A program made the translations under genes and the position numbers. A stretch of DNA of 64,000 bases from Candidatus Saccharimonadales bacterium (GTDB lineage: Bacteria > Patescibacteriota > Saccharimonadia > Saccharimonadales > EFPC-124). The stretch spans positions 690,659 through 754,658 of the forward strand of contig DATIBO010000006.1 in assembly GCA_035457485.1 (NCBI GenBank), read 5' to 3'. Positions within the stretch are counted from its first letter, which is position 1. Each line of letters starts with the position of its first letter. This document shows, piece after piece, positions 19,739 to 29,113 of the stretch. The notes beneath the pieces were generated by a model that was given only the letters and a program-made list of their open reading frames with translations, was not told where the DNA came from and did no database searches.

Positions 19739-20914
19739 CTAAGAATACAAAAAATCGCGCGTCAGAGGTAGGTTATTTTGTGGTCCTTTTGTAAAAACGT
19801 ACTGGCCCAAATCAAGCTCGCCATACCGAAATCCGGCTGCCGAACTCGCCAACCAAAGGTGCCAAGTCCTGTAAAAACGCTCATCAAACTTTTTAATAAC
19901 CACCGGGCGATGCGTTTCATACCGCTTCATCCATTCTTCTAATGTCATTGCGTAATGAATGCGCAAATTTTCGTAGTCGATAAGTCGAAAATTATAGGCC
20001 GGAAACGCTTGCACAATTTCACGATTTGAAGGAAGATATCCGCCAGGGAAAATATATTTATCTATCCACGGATCAACAGGCAATTCGGTCTGCTGAGTTA
20101 TGGTGTGGAGTAAAGAAACGCCTTCAGGTTTTAGCATTGCATCGATAGCGCGGTAGTAGTCATTGTGGTTACCCTGGCCAACATGCTCGAACATACCAAC
20201 GCTAACAATTCGGTCGAACATAAGACCACGGCTAGGTAACTCTTGGTAATTTGCGAGTTCAAACGTAACCCTGTCTGACACCTTTGCTTGCTCTGCCGCT
20301 TCGCGCGCGTGTGCAAGCTGTTCTTCACTTAACGTGACACCGTGTCCAACAATTCCGTATTTTTTTGCTGCAGTAATAAGAAGAGTACCCCAGCCCGAGC
20401 CAATATCGAGCAACGTTGAGCCCTTTTGTAGTTGCAACTTCCGTAAGATGTAATCAACTTTTCGAGCCTGCGCGGTTTCGAGTGTGTCGTTCTCGGTTTT
20501 AAAATATGCGCAACTATATGTAAGGCTTTTATCGAGCCACAGCTTATAAAAATCGTTGCCCAGGTCGTAGTGATGAGCAATGTATGATTTCTGTTTGCTC
20601 TGAATATTCTTACGAACTGTTACCTTACGCAGCGCTTTACTTAGTGCAGCGAAGGCTTTCTGGTTTTCAGCCACCAAGCGTGCAATGTTTCTAAGGTCGC
20701 CGGTGACCTCGATCGATCCATCGCTGTATGACTCACCAAAGCCCAATGACATATTTTTAAAAATTGCTCTAATTACTTTGGGGCTTTTTATATGCAAATG
20801 AAAGTATGGCTCTGTCGGACCAAAAGTGAACGAATCGCCGTCCCAATACGTTACGCCAACGCCACCATGGCGTATCTTGCCTAAGAGGGAATTAAGCAGT
20901 TGTTTTTCAATCAT
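19739..20914 (-). CDS. cfa: cyclopropane-fatty-acyl-phospholipid synthase family SAM methyltransferase
   Basis: 391 aa. SAM motif LLDIGSGWGTLL plus the family-typical HYDLGNDFYKLWLD and EHVG. Confidence 0.75.
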   Translation of the reverse strand: MIEKQLLNSLLGKIRHGGVGVTYWDGDSFTFGPTEPYFHLHIKSPKVIRAIFKNMSLGFGESYSDGSIEVTGDLRNIARLVAENQKAFAALSKALRKVTVRKNIQSKQKSYIAHHYDLGNDFYKLWLDKSLTYSCAYFKTENDTLETAQARKVDYILRKLQLQKGSTLLDIGSGWGTLLITAAKKYGIVGHGVTLSEEQLAHAREAAEQAKVSDRVTFELANYQELPSRGLMFDRIVSVGMFEHVGQGNHNDYYRAIDAMLKPEGVSLLHTITQQTELPVDPWIDKYIFPGGYLPSNREIVQAFPAYNFRLIDYENLRIHYAMTLEEWMKRYETHRPVVIKKFDERFYRTWHLWLASSAAGFRYGELDLGQYVFTKGPQNNLPLTRDFLYS

Positions 20915-21070
20915 ACCTTTAAGTTAGCACAATTATTTAATGAACTGTATGAACTAATTGTAGCATAGCCGAACTGATGACAGGCAAGATATTTTCATGT
21001 CTCAAATCAAGTTCACCCTCGGAATACCCTACCGGGGATGTGGGAGTGACTTCGCAGGAGTGGCGAGCCA

Positions 21071-21391
21071 TTATCCAGGAAGAACTTCACTGGACTCGTG
21101 TTTTGGCGGAGCTACTTGCTGTCTGCGAACAAGAATCATAATGGTAAAGCCCGCGGTAGTAAGCGCCAAAGAAGCAGGATATAGCAATGTTACCCAGCTA
21201 AATTGCTGTTGTGCGCCAATCGTCAGTACATGTTTGACAGTGCTCATAAAATTTTGGGCGAGATTCTCGGAGTATGGAAGATGATAGGTCTTTCGAATAG
21301 TAATCCAAAAAGCCACTAAATCGATAACCGAGATGATGATCACAGAAAGCAAAGGCTGCTTTATGCCCACAAAGCCCATGAACTTAATCAT
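21071..21391 (-). CDS. small membrane protein, unknown function
   Basis: 106-aa ORF with 3 hydrophobic segments. Co-directional with the flanking genes. The overlapping + strand ORF 20997-21284 looks less protein-like. Confidence 0.35.
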   Translation of the reverse strand: MIKFMGFVGIKQPLLSVIIISVIDLVAFWITIRKTYHLPYSENLAQNFMSTVKHVLTIGAQQQFSWVTLLYPASLALTTAGFTIMILVRRQQVAPPKHESSEVLPG

Positions 21392-21441
21392 GGGCTTTGT
21401 TCTTTTTTTATCACACCCCCACTTAGAACAAGCTTTACAAG

Positions 21442-22209
21442 CTAGAATTTGGCAATGAAGTCGGCAAGTAAGGCGTTGGTCGCGTCGGACGCCTCCATAT
21501 TTACCATGTGTCCGGCATTTGGCACGATTGCTTTTCGCGAACCAGGAATGCCAGCTGCTAACACATCGGCAATATTATGAAAGTAAGTCAGATCACCTTC
21601 GCCCACTATAACAAGCGTCGGCTTAGTGATTTCGTGCAAACGATCACGCGCATGGGTGCTGGCGGGGTTTTGCGGATCGCGATGCAGCCAGTGCCAACCG
21701 GAATAACCTTCGACAATTGCACCCAAGGCGGCGACTACTTCTGGTCGCCTTTGCGTCATTGTGAAGACCTCGTGATTAAGCCAGTTTTTCTTTGCCTTCT
21801 CAGGTCCTTGTTCTTTAACGTAAACGTTCCAATCAACTTCGCTCTTATAGCCATCGAGGGCAGAATCCATAAGCGTCAAAGTTTTCACCATCTTAAGATG
21901 CGCAAGAGAAAAGTTAATAGCGATACGTCCCCCCATAGACAATCCGACAAAGTGAGCCTGCTCTATACCCAAATGATCAAGCAGGGCGCGCAGGTCGGCA
22001 GTATGATCGTAGAGGCCGTTAGGCAAGCTAGACTTTCCAAATCCACGAGCATCATAGGTGATGACTTGATGGCTTTTGCTAAAGAACTCGACTTGCGGGC
22101 TCCACATTGTGTGATCGAGCGTAAAGCCGTGAACAAAAACAATCGGTTCGCCAAAACCAGCAACCTCATAGTAAATTTGACCATTGTAAGTCAATATACC
22201 GCTACTCAT
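21442..22209 (-). CDS. alpha/beta hydrolase
   Basis: 255 aa. HGFTLDH oxyanion region, GLSMGG nucleophile elbow, C-terminal GHM. Confidence 0.75.
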   Translation of the reverse strand: MSSGILTYNGQIYYEVAGFGEPIVFVHGFTLDHTMWSPQVEFFSKSHQVITYDARGFGKSSLPNGLYDHTADLRALLDHLGIEQAHFVGLSMGGRIAINFSLAHLKMVKTLTLMDSALDGYKSEVDWNVYVKEQGPEKAKKNWLNHEVFTMTQRRPEVVAALGAIVEGYSGWHWLHRDPQNPASTHARDRLHEITKPTLVIVGEGDLTYFHNIADVLAAGIPGSRKAIVPNAGHMVNMEASDATNALLADFIAKF

Positions 22210-22336
22210 GGGGACAATAGTACCAGCATTTAACAGGATTGGGCAGATATGTCAGACTCACGTCAAAAGGGGAGAAGGATTTGAACGTGAGGCCGGTCGT
22301 AAGATACGTGCTATAAACTTTTGATACACTTATAGT

Positions 22337-23317
22337 ATGAGCAAAATCAAACAGTCAGTTTTCGACTTTTCAGACATATCAAAACGGCCTACGGGCTTTA
22401 ACGACTTGGGAGCGCTAAAACCCGCATCGACGGACGAGCTCCGTATATTTGCCAAACGCAACAACCTAACCTACGCGCCCAAAGCCGATTATGATGGCAA
22501 CGAGCCTGTTATGAATGAATTTAGCAGCGATGCTCGGCCGCTCGGCGCTGTAGTCCTAAACCGCTTTGACGGTAGTTATGCGCAAACGCCTTTTAGTGTA
22601 GCGACCATTCGTTTTTCGCCTGGCGAGGTTTACGAATACTGTACGTTTGCGGCCATTACGCTACCACACACTGTGCCGCAAGTTGCAATATGTGCGCTAC
22701 TCGACCACGAGGCCAGTGGCTATTTTGGTCGCCCGGTACGATTCGATGCCGGCCAGCGCACAACGACAGGTAATGAGTTATTAGACGATTACTTTGCCGT
22801 TTATACTCCAGGTGTCTACAAAGAAGCAGTTACAAAAACAATCCTTACCGACGAATTCGTCGATACCTTACTGCAATATGCACCGACATTCGATATCGCT
22901 ATAACCGGCAACAGACTGTACATACTGGCGGCATATCCATTGTGCCTGCAAGAAGATTTTAAGCAAATATTCCTGGCTGCAGAAGCTATGATTGACGCTT
23001 TACGCACTGTGTCTTGGTCAGATGTGCCGCCCGCAGATGGCGATAGGCTAAAGATCAACCGTGCGCTCTCTCGTTTTGTGCTCCGAGCAGTGTTGCCAAC
23101 GCTCGCCGTCAGTTTTGGCATAGGGCTCGTGGTTGCGTATAGTACCCTTGGTTCCGTATCCCCAATCAGTATAGTGACAGTAGTGGCTATAATCATTGGC
23201 TTATTGGTCGCCTTCTTTGCGATGGGTCCAGACAGGAGTCAGCCAAAACGCCCAGCGAACACCAAAAAACTTGTCGATCGCTTTGGCGAGATCAACGACA
23301 TCAAAAGCCTTGCTTAG
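22337..23317 (+). CDS. hypothetical protein with C-terminal TM helices
   Basis: 326-aa ORF. Soluble N-terminal domain plus 2 TM helices near the C-terminus. Confidence 0.45.
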   Translation: MSKIKQSVFDFSDISKRPTGFNDLGALKPASTDELRIFAKRNNLTYAPKADYDGNEPVMNEFSSDARPLGAVVLNRFDGSYAQTPFSVATIRFSPGEVYEYCTFAAITLPHTVPQVAICALLDHEASGYFGRPVRFDAGQRTTTGNELLDDYFAVYTPGVYKEAVTKTILTDEFVDTLLQYAPTFDIAITGNRLYILAAYPLCLQEDFKQIFLAAEAMIDALRTVSWSDVPPADGDRLKINRALSRFVLRAVLPTLAVSFGIGLVVAYSTLGSVSPISIVTVVAIIIGLLVAFFAMGPDRSQPKRPANTKKLVDRFGEINDIKSLA

Positions 23318-23587
23318 GTATTGCAGCCCATTACAGTAATACTTTGGCTAGGATGATGGTTATAGTCGAACCTTTGGGATGAGACTTTACGTCCCGACTA
23401 CGATCGCTTCGCCGTCCCGAAAGTTTTGTAGGGCACTTTTCGTCCTCAAAAAAGGCGACTACTTTATCAATGGCGGCCGACTTACATAGGCTTTATCTTC
23501 AGGCGACCAATACTTGTCGCCAAGCCGTTTACTATCTCGTTCAGATCATACCTTGCAGTGAAAGAAAAAAATCCGCATGTCTCCATT

Positions 23588-24421
23588 TTATCTTAAGATT
23601 GACGAGCCTATACTAAAGCTGTGCGCGCTTGCTGCCTTGCCACAACCTCCTATAACTACCTCCAGAAAACGATGTAGCCCATAGCCTGAGCTACCAATCG
23701 TTAAAGCAGTAACGCCGTTGGGTACGTCAGCAAGCCTGCGGTAGCAAGTTGCCTCCTGTCCATTATGTAATACGACCTGTTTGCCTTGTTCAAAATCAAT
23801 ATCTTCGGGCAAGAGTGTTGTTTTTACGTTGTCGAAGTTATCGATCTGCCATACTTGGTTGTGAGGGCTGGGTAATTCTGCCAGCGATCGTTTCTTTGAT
23901 GGCACAGACCTACCTTTCCATAGCCAGTAGGCGGCAAGCGGCAGGAATTCCAAACTCCGGAACTGGGAGTGGTTGATCTTTTTCGCTTCCGCAGCCAAAA
24001 GATCACCCCACGTAACCGCAGCCGCGGTCACGGTCGGCACGTCCAGAAGCTCAACTTCACCGGCAATACCTAAGTCACGGACTAATGCCAGACAGTGCCC
24101 TTCGTAGGTACTGACTACTAGTGTATTGTCGATACGAAAATAGCAGAACGGCGTGCCGTTATCCCACTTTTGTTTGATGTCTTCGGCGCGGGGCGCAACA
24201 TTCACCAGCACAATATTTTGGCGATTCTTGTCGGCAAGCGGGAACTTTGTAAGTACATCCAGCTGCTCAAGCAAGTTGCCTGCAGCTTCGATTGGTGAGT
24301 ACGACCCCACACCCAGGAACGTTGGTTTTACGCCAAAAAGCGTATTAAACCTGAGCTCTTGGCGCGTTCTGGCCGACCCATCCGCACAGTCAGTTATGAT
24401 TGTTCCTACTACGTTCGTCAT
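23588..24421 (-). CDS. distant SAM hydroxide adenosyltransferase (DUF62, chlorinase/fluorinase-like) family protein
   Basis: N-terminal IITDCADG (compare LLTDFG) and C-terminal VWQIDNFDNVKTTL (compare iDrFGNliTNi). Similarity by eye only. Confidence 0.35.
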   Translation of the reverse strand: MTNVVGTIITDCADGSARTRQELRFNTLFGVKPTFLGVGSYSPIEAAGNLLEQLDVLTKFPLADKNRQNIVLVNVAPRAEDIKQKWDNGTPFCYFRIDNTLVVSTYEGHCLALVRDLGIAGEVELLDVPTVTAAAVTWGDLLAAEAKKINHSQFRSLEFLPLAAYWLWKGRSVPSKKRSLAELPSPHNQVWQIDNFDNVKTTLLPEDIDFEQGKQVVLHNGQEATCYRRLADVPNGVTALTIGSSGYGLHRFLEVVIGGCGKAASAHSFSIGSSILR

Positions 24422-24443
24422 CGTTTACTCCTTATTTTTAGAC

Positions 24444-24470
24444 AAATAAAAACCTCCGCTTTCGCGGAGG
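24444..24470 (-). terminator. rho-independent terminator downstream of rnpB
   Basis: The minus strand reads CCTCCGC-GAAA-GCGGAGG followed by TTTTTATTT. Confidence 0.75.
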
Positions 24471-24489
24471 CTGCTTGTCGTTGGTTAAT

Positions 24490-24922
24490 TATTTTAGGAC
24501 ATGCAGGATAAGCTCCGCGAAGTGCGTGGAGACATCATCATGTCCATAGTTTGGTTGTGGTTTGTAGCCATGAAGTGGAGTATAGGTGAGTTGGACGAAA
24601 ATAGCAAATAGTACGTGGTAAATTAATCGAACTAAGTGAACATGCCTGGCCGTTTTATTGAATATAAAACTCGGCGGGGTGACAATTCTTATCGGTTTTT
24701 CGTAGGCAGATAACTCATGTCTTTGGCCTTGAAATCTTCCTCTACCTTCAAAAAGTGCTCTAGTTTTGTTAACACCAGAGACGCTCTGCCTATATTTGCA
24801 CAGAGGCACTGCTCCGGCGGATGGAAGACCTCTTAGAAGTCTTCCATCGCACTTACTTATGCTTGGCTGGGGAGAGCGGATGGATTCCAAACTTTCCCGT
24901 CCGCCGCGTGCAGTAGCTTATC
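24490..24922 (-). ncRNA. rnpB: RNase P RNA (bacterial type A-like)
   Basis: The minus strand carries GGGAAAGTTTGGAATCCAT (compare CR-I GAGGAAAGUCCGGGCUCCAU), CAAGGCCAAAG (compare CAAGGCCAAAU) and TCCACGCACTTCGCGGAGCTTATC (compare UCCACGACAGAACCCGGCUUAUC). An 8-bp closing helix pairs GATAAGCT with AGCTTATC (24915-24922 with 24507-24514). There is a perfect internal hairpin at 24820-24848. P4 can form between AAGTTTGG and CGGAGCTT. Confidence 0.65.
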
Positions 24923-25583
24923 GTTTATCCGCAACCTCAACCGATGCAGGATCGCGAAGAATCTTTATAAACTTATAGCCATAGTCATCTTGCGAGTAAT
25001 CAAATATTTGCTGCGCCACCCATTCCGGTTCGTGGTAGGTGGACATATCCACGTCTCGTCCTTTATGAAACGCTGTTTTCGTACCAGTAGGGCCTGCGAC
25101 GAGTACCTTTTCAACTCGTTCATCCAGGGAGAGACCATGAGCAAAGTGCGCTACACCTGCTTTTGCAAAATTGTAAATAGGCTCGAGTTTTCGCGGAGTC
25201 CACTGGCTAGACGACGTAATAACGATAGCTTCCTGCAGTTTATTTTGTTTTTTCAAGATTGCACGAGCGACAAATATGAAACTGCTGCCACAGACTTGAA
25301 TCATATCAAGAATTTCGTGCTCGGCGAGGTCGGTGACAGTTCCTTCTTGGTAGTATCCAGGCGAGAATATAAGCCGATCAACATTTTCTGCGTGAGCCAC
25401 AAAGGAGTCAATGTCATTAATATAGCTCGGGTTCGACAAGTCGAGCTCTTTAAAGGTTATATGCTCTGCAGAATGTTCAGGCTTTTTGCGCCCAGTTACA
25501 GTAACTTTTTCACCCTTTGTAGAGTAGATTTTTGCAAGCTCCCAGCCAATGCCCCGACTGCCACCAATAATCAATGTGTTCAT
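24918..25583 (-). CDS. short-chain dehydrogenase/reductase (SDR)
   Basis: N-terminus MNTLIIGGSRGIGWELA (TGxxxGxG variant). YNFAKAG contains the YxxxK catalytic pair. Confidence 0.75.
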   Translation of the reverse strand: MNTLIIGGSRGIGWELAKIYSTKGEKVTVTGRKKPEHSAEHITFKELDLSNPSYINDIDSFVAHAENVDRLIFSPGYYQEGTVTDLAEHEILDMIQVCGSSFIFVARAILKKQNKLQEAIVITSSSQWTPRKLEPIYNFAKAGVAHFAHGLSLDERVEKVLVAGPTGTKTAFHKGRDVDMSTYHEPEWVAQQIFDYSQDDYGYKFIKILRDPASVEVADKR

Positions 25584-25635
25584 TAAAATCCGATCTAATT
25601 TATAAAGAACAGTATATCAAAACACCGGAGAACCT

Positions 25636-25767
25636 ATGGAAGAAATCAACGAGGATCAAAATAAAATCGCCAACCATAAAGTTGACGATTTGTATAATAT
25701 CTGGCTGGGCATACGGTACGGTAATATAACTTTTTGTATCATATTTTTCGGAGCTTTATATGTTTGA
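25636..25767 (+). CDS. 43-aa micro-ORF with hydrophobic C-terminus
   Basis: My own read; below the ORF-track cutoff. GGAGA SD 5 nt upstream. MEEINEDQNKIANHKVDDLYNIWLGIRYGNITFCIIFFGALYV*. Confidence 0.3.
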   Translation: MEEINEDQNKIANHKVDDLYNIWLGIRYGNITFCIIFFGALYV

Positions 25768-25924
25768 TATTAGCGACGAGAAATACGAGGAACTTCGTCT
25801 GATTTTGGAGAAACAAAACAGCCGAACATACACGCCTGAAGAAGCAAAAGAGATTGGTGACGGGCTTATCGATTTCTATGAACTACTCGCCAGACTTAAT
25901 AGTGAAGAAGGCCGCGAGACATAG
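25760..25924 (+). CDS. 54-aa acidic micro-ORF
   Basis: My own read. ATGTTTGA overlap with the previous micro-ORF, and a GGAG SD. MFDISDEKYEELRLILEKQNSRTYTPEEAKEIGDGLIDFYELLARLNSEEGRET*. Confidence 0.35.
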   Translation: MFDISDEKYEELRLILEKQNSRTYTPEEAKEIGDGLIDFYELLARLNSEEGRET

Positions 25925-25926
25925 AG

Positions 25927-27207
25927 CTAGGATCTAGGCTCTTCATCCAATTCGGCGAACTTTGCGGCCATAGTAGGATTGCCGCGAGTAAGCCGTTTAA
26001 TGGTCAAATCTTCAGCCTTATTATTGGCAAGTCGGAGGTTATTCTCCGAAGATAGTAAGGCATCTTTCGTCTTTTGCAGATGATCGATTGTCTTATCTAT
26101 TTCATCAATGGCCGTTTTAAACTTACGGCTGGCAAGATCGTAATTACGGGCAAACCCTTCTTTGAACTGGTTCATATTCTCTTCAAAGTTGGTGATGTCG
26201 ATGTTTTGGGCTTTAACCAGAGCAAGTTCTGATTTGTATTTGAGGGAGTTCATCGCCGCGTTACGCAGCAATGTGATTATAGGAATAAAGAATTGAGGAC
26301 GGATAACATACATCTTCGGGAACCTGTGCGACATATCGACGATACCAGAATTGTAGAACTCGCTATCAGCTTCAAGTAAAGATACGAGCACGGCGTACTC
26401 GCATTTCTTTTCAATCCGATCTTTGTCAAGTTCACGCAAAAAGTCTTCGTTTTTGTGCTTCGTAGCAGTTTCGTCGCCCTCGTTTTTCATTTCAAACATA
26501 ATAGAGATGACTTCATTGCCAGCTTCATCGGTTTCACGATAGATGTAGTCACCCTTGCTACCGGATTTTGCGTCATTGTCTTTCTCAAAATAAGCGTTCT
26601 GAAAACCAGTGGCGCGTAATTTGTTGAACTCGGTTTCACAGTGTTGTTCTAAAGTCTCACCAACCATCTTGGTCGAGAGTCTAGCTTTCATATCTTTGCG
26701 CAGTTCAATTTCTTCATCTTTGAGCTTGATGATGTCGTCTTTAGTTTTGAGCTCAGCGGTAAACTTTTCCTTGAGGGAGGTTTCAAGCAATTGTTTTTCG
26801 GTGTCTTTGTGCTTGAGTTCGTGGGCTAGTTCGTCGCGCTCCTTCTCGACCTTATTGACCGCCTCAGTAACTGCGAGTCTTCTCTCAGTCTCAGCAGATT
26901 CAACCATTGCTTGGAGACGAGCTATTTCAGCATCCTTCTCGGCCTTAAGCTCATTTACCAATGAGTCGCGTTGAGCTTTAAGTTCTGCGAGCTCGGCGTC
27001 CTTCTTGGATACTTCTGTTTGCAGTTCATTTTTAGTATTAGCTTCCGCAAGTTTGACAGCGTTTTCCTTATCTTTCTCCATCATCTCAATGCGGTCGAAA
27101 AGCTCACGTTCAAACTCATGATCGCGTACTTGCTTTAAGATGTCGGCAAAACCTGCTTCATCTACTTTAAAAGCTTTTTTACAGTGGGGACAAATAATTT
27201 CGTTCAT
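25927..27207 (-). CDS. DUF2130-type protein: N-terminal CPHC zinc knuckle, long coiled coil, C-terminal PD-(D/E)XK-like domain
   Basis: 426 aa from the ATG at 27207, 4 nt after the upstream stop. [13 protein letters not shown], then ~200 aa rich in E/K/L heptads, then [17 protein letters not shown] (a D..ExK pattern). Confidence 0.7.
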   Translation of the reverse strand: MNEIICPHCKKAFKVDEAGFADILKQVRDHEFERELFDRIEMMEKDKENAVKLAEANTKNELQTEVSKKDAELAELKAQRDSLVNELKAEKDAEIARLQAMVESAETERRLAVTEAVNKVEKERDELAHELKHKDTEKQLLETSLKEKFTAELKTKDDIIKLKDEEIELRKDMKARLSTKMVGETLEQHCETEFNKLRATGFQNAYFEKDNDAKSGSKGDYIYRETDEAGNEVISIMFEMKNEGDETATKHKNEDFLRELDKDRIEKKCEYAVLVSLLEADSEFYNSGIVDMSHRFPKMYVIRPQFFIPIITLLRNAAMNSLKYKSELALVKAQNIDITNFEENMNQFKEGFARNYDLASRKFKTAIDEIDKTIDHLQKTKDALLSSENNLRLANNKAEDLTIKRLTRGNPTMAAKFAELDEEPRS

Positions 27208-27211
27208 TAGT

Positions 27212-29107
27212 TTATTTCTCTCTGACTTTTTCAAATATTTTCTTTATTGTTTCAGGTATATCAGACTTATCGGTTATTACCGCCTGAAGCACACCTGCCA
27301 GCTCGTCACCTTTTCTGGGTAGAAAATTGATGCGTGTTTGATCTTGATTATCTGCCGCGACAAAATCTCCAAGCTGCTTATGAAGCTTTGTGCTCGCTGT
27401 ACTAACATCTATGTTTGCACGCATGGCGTCAATTTCGGTACCCGTTATAGATACGCCACATATATCCTTTAATATTTGTATCCATATGCCATTAGGAAGC
27501 TCGTCCTCGAAATCACTGATAGCGCCGAGCAGGAAAACTTTATTACTTTCGGATTTACCTGAATCTCGATCAAAAACGTATACTACATTTGCGTCCAGCT
27601 TCCGGAAGTCTTTAAAGATATCATTAACGAGCTGTTCAAAATTACCGGAGTTATCTTTACTGCGCAAATTTAAAAGCTGAATACCATCGCTCAGCATTGA
27701 GTGCCCGTAAACTAACTTGTAAAAATAGTCAAAAATTCCATATTCCGTCGGACCTTCAACAGCAATAAATTTGTCATAAAAAAGAAAATCGCTATTTCTA
27801 ACGCCAAGACTATCAAAGATATCTTCCGTGCTGTTCGTTGATTCAATCACGGTGTATCCGTCTTGTAATGAAACCTTATTTATATCGCGCAATGCAGTTC
27901 TATCAACAAAGAGGGTGGAATGCGTACTAACTACTATTTGAAATGAGTTGGCCGCCATGCTGCTTAGTATTTCCGCTAACTCACGCTGAGCAACTGGATA
28001 CAGGTGAGTTTCTGGCTCATCAAAACACCAGATATAACGTTTTTCACCATCTTCTTTGATTGCTTCGTCTGCTCTTGCCTTAATTAAGCCGAACCAGATT
28101 TGGCGTCGAATTCCGTCCCCTTGTTCATCGATATGGATAGCTTTATCGCTCGTGGTTTTATTGACGAACAATTCCGTGACAGCATGATTTACTTTAATAT
28201 CCACATTAGTACTAAGACCGGATAGGCTTGCAGGCAAGGAAGCTTTATATTTCTCGAATATGCTCTCCAGGGATGTGTTGGCTTTAGCGTTAATTGCTTC
28301 TTTCTTCGTGGTTACATCGTTGATGATTTCTTCGAGCGCTGCCTTGACTATAGGGCTGATCACATCTGCAGTTAGTTGGTTTAGTTCGTCAGTAGTGATA
28401 TTCCAGTCAAGATATCTGTACTCCGGAAACAGGATACGGTCTTTCTTGTAGTCAAATCTTGCCCAGGTTGGCTGAGTTGTGTCGCTTGAGTATATTGCTT
28501 GAACGCGCTCGGTGTTAGTGGGCTTGCCGGTATTATTCCGGTTTAGTATGGAGGCATTATCGATACCTTTTGCTTTTTGGATTGCGGTAAGGTCTGCTGC
28601 TGTTTTTAACCACAACGCCAGGGGCTGTCCCTCTTTATCCAAGCTATCCTCAGTAAGCGCAAAGTATTCATCTTTAGCACCGGTGGAAGTGATGACGCGC
28701 ATAACATAGAGCTTGTCACCAATAGCTTTGTCACTCAGCAAGAATTGTGCATGTCGCGACAGTTTATCTAGCTCATCATCTTTGTAGTCTTTATCTATCA
28801 CGAACTCTGCAACCAAACATACTTGTGTTCGGTCATACGCATCAGGTTCTGGGATTCCAATATCTGTGAAAACGCTTGTAAATTCTTCTTCTGTCAAAGG
28901 CGTATTTGATAATGTACGCTTTTTGGTACTGTCTCCATCGAAGTAGACTTTGGAATTTTCATCAAAGAAGAGGCGCATGCCATTTAGAATGGTTGATTTG
29001 CCGCAGTCATTAGCGCCAATCATAGTAACTGGCTGCCCGTCCTTTAACTCAAGCTGTACATTCTTGGCGCTTTTGTAGTTTAGAATGAATAATTTTGTAA
29101 GCTTCAT
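27212..29107 (-). CDS. OLD-family nuclease: ABC-type ATPase fused to a Toprim domain
   Basis: 631 aa. Walker [10 protein letters not shown], signature-like QGDGIRRQ, Walker [16 protein letters not shown]-loop VVSTHS, Toprim Glu [11 protein letters not shown], Dx[10 protein letters not shown]. Confidence 0.85.
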   Translation of the reverse strand: MKLTKLFILNYKSAKNVQLELKDGQPVTMIGANDCGKSTILNGMRLFFDENSKVYFDGDSTKKRTLSNTPLTEEEFTSVFTDIGIPEPDAYDRTQVCLVAEFVIDKDYKDDELDKLSRHAQFLLSDKAIGDKLYVMRVITSTGAKDEYFALTEDSLDKEGQPLALWLKTAADLTAIQKAKGIDNASILNRNNTGKPTNTERVQAIYSSDTTQPTWARFDYKKDRILFPEYRYLDWNITTDELNQLTADVISPIVKAALEEIINDVTTKKEAINAKANTSLESIFEKYKASLPASLSGLSTNVDIKVNHAVTELFVNKTTSDKAIHIDEQGDGIRRQIWFGLIKARADEAIKEDGEKRYIWCFDEPETHLYPVAQRELAEILSSMAANSFQIVVSTHSTLFVDRTALRDINKVSLQDGYTVIESTNSTEDIFDSLGVRNSDFLFYDKFIAVEGPTEYGIFDYFYKLVYGHSMLSDGIQLLNLRSKDNSGNFEQLVNDIFKDFRKLDANVVYVFDRDSGKSESNKVFLLGAISDFEDELPNGIWIQILKDICGVSITGTEIDAMRANIDVSTASTKLHKQLGDFVAADNQDQTRINFLPRKGDELAGVLQAVITDKSDIPETIKKIFEKVREK

Positions 29108-29113
29108 CGCAGC

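Noticed and set aside
23318-23587. 270-bp gene-free gap between two convergent genes, containing short repeats (CGTCCCGA twice) and a GGCGAC/GTCGCC hairpin. I checked it for SRP RNA, 6S or tmRNA-like signatures.
   Set aside because: - No conserved ncRNA motif is present (for example the SRP GGAAGCAGCC core or the tmRNA ends).
- There is no ORF longer than 33 codons.
- Nothing can be called without a covariance-model search.
24489-24890. 133-aa ORF between the DUF62-like gene and the SDR gene.
   Set aside because: The same strand is better explained as RNase P RNA: conserved-region matches, a closing helix and a terminator. The ORF product is compositionally implausible.
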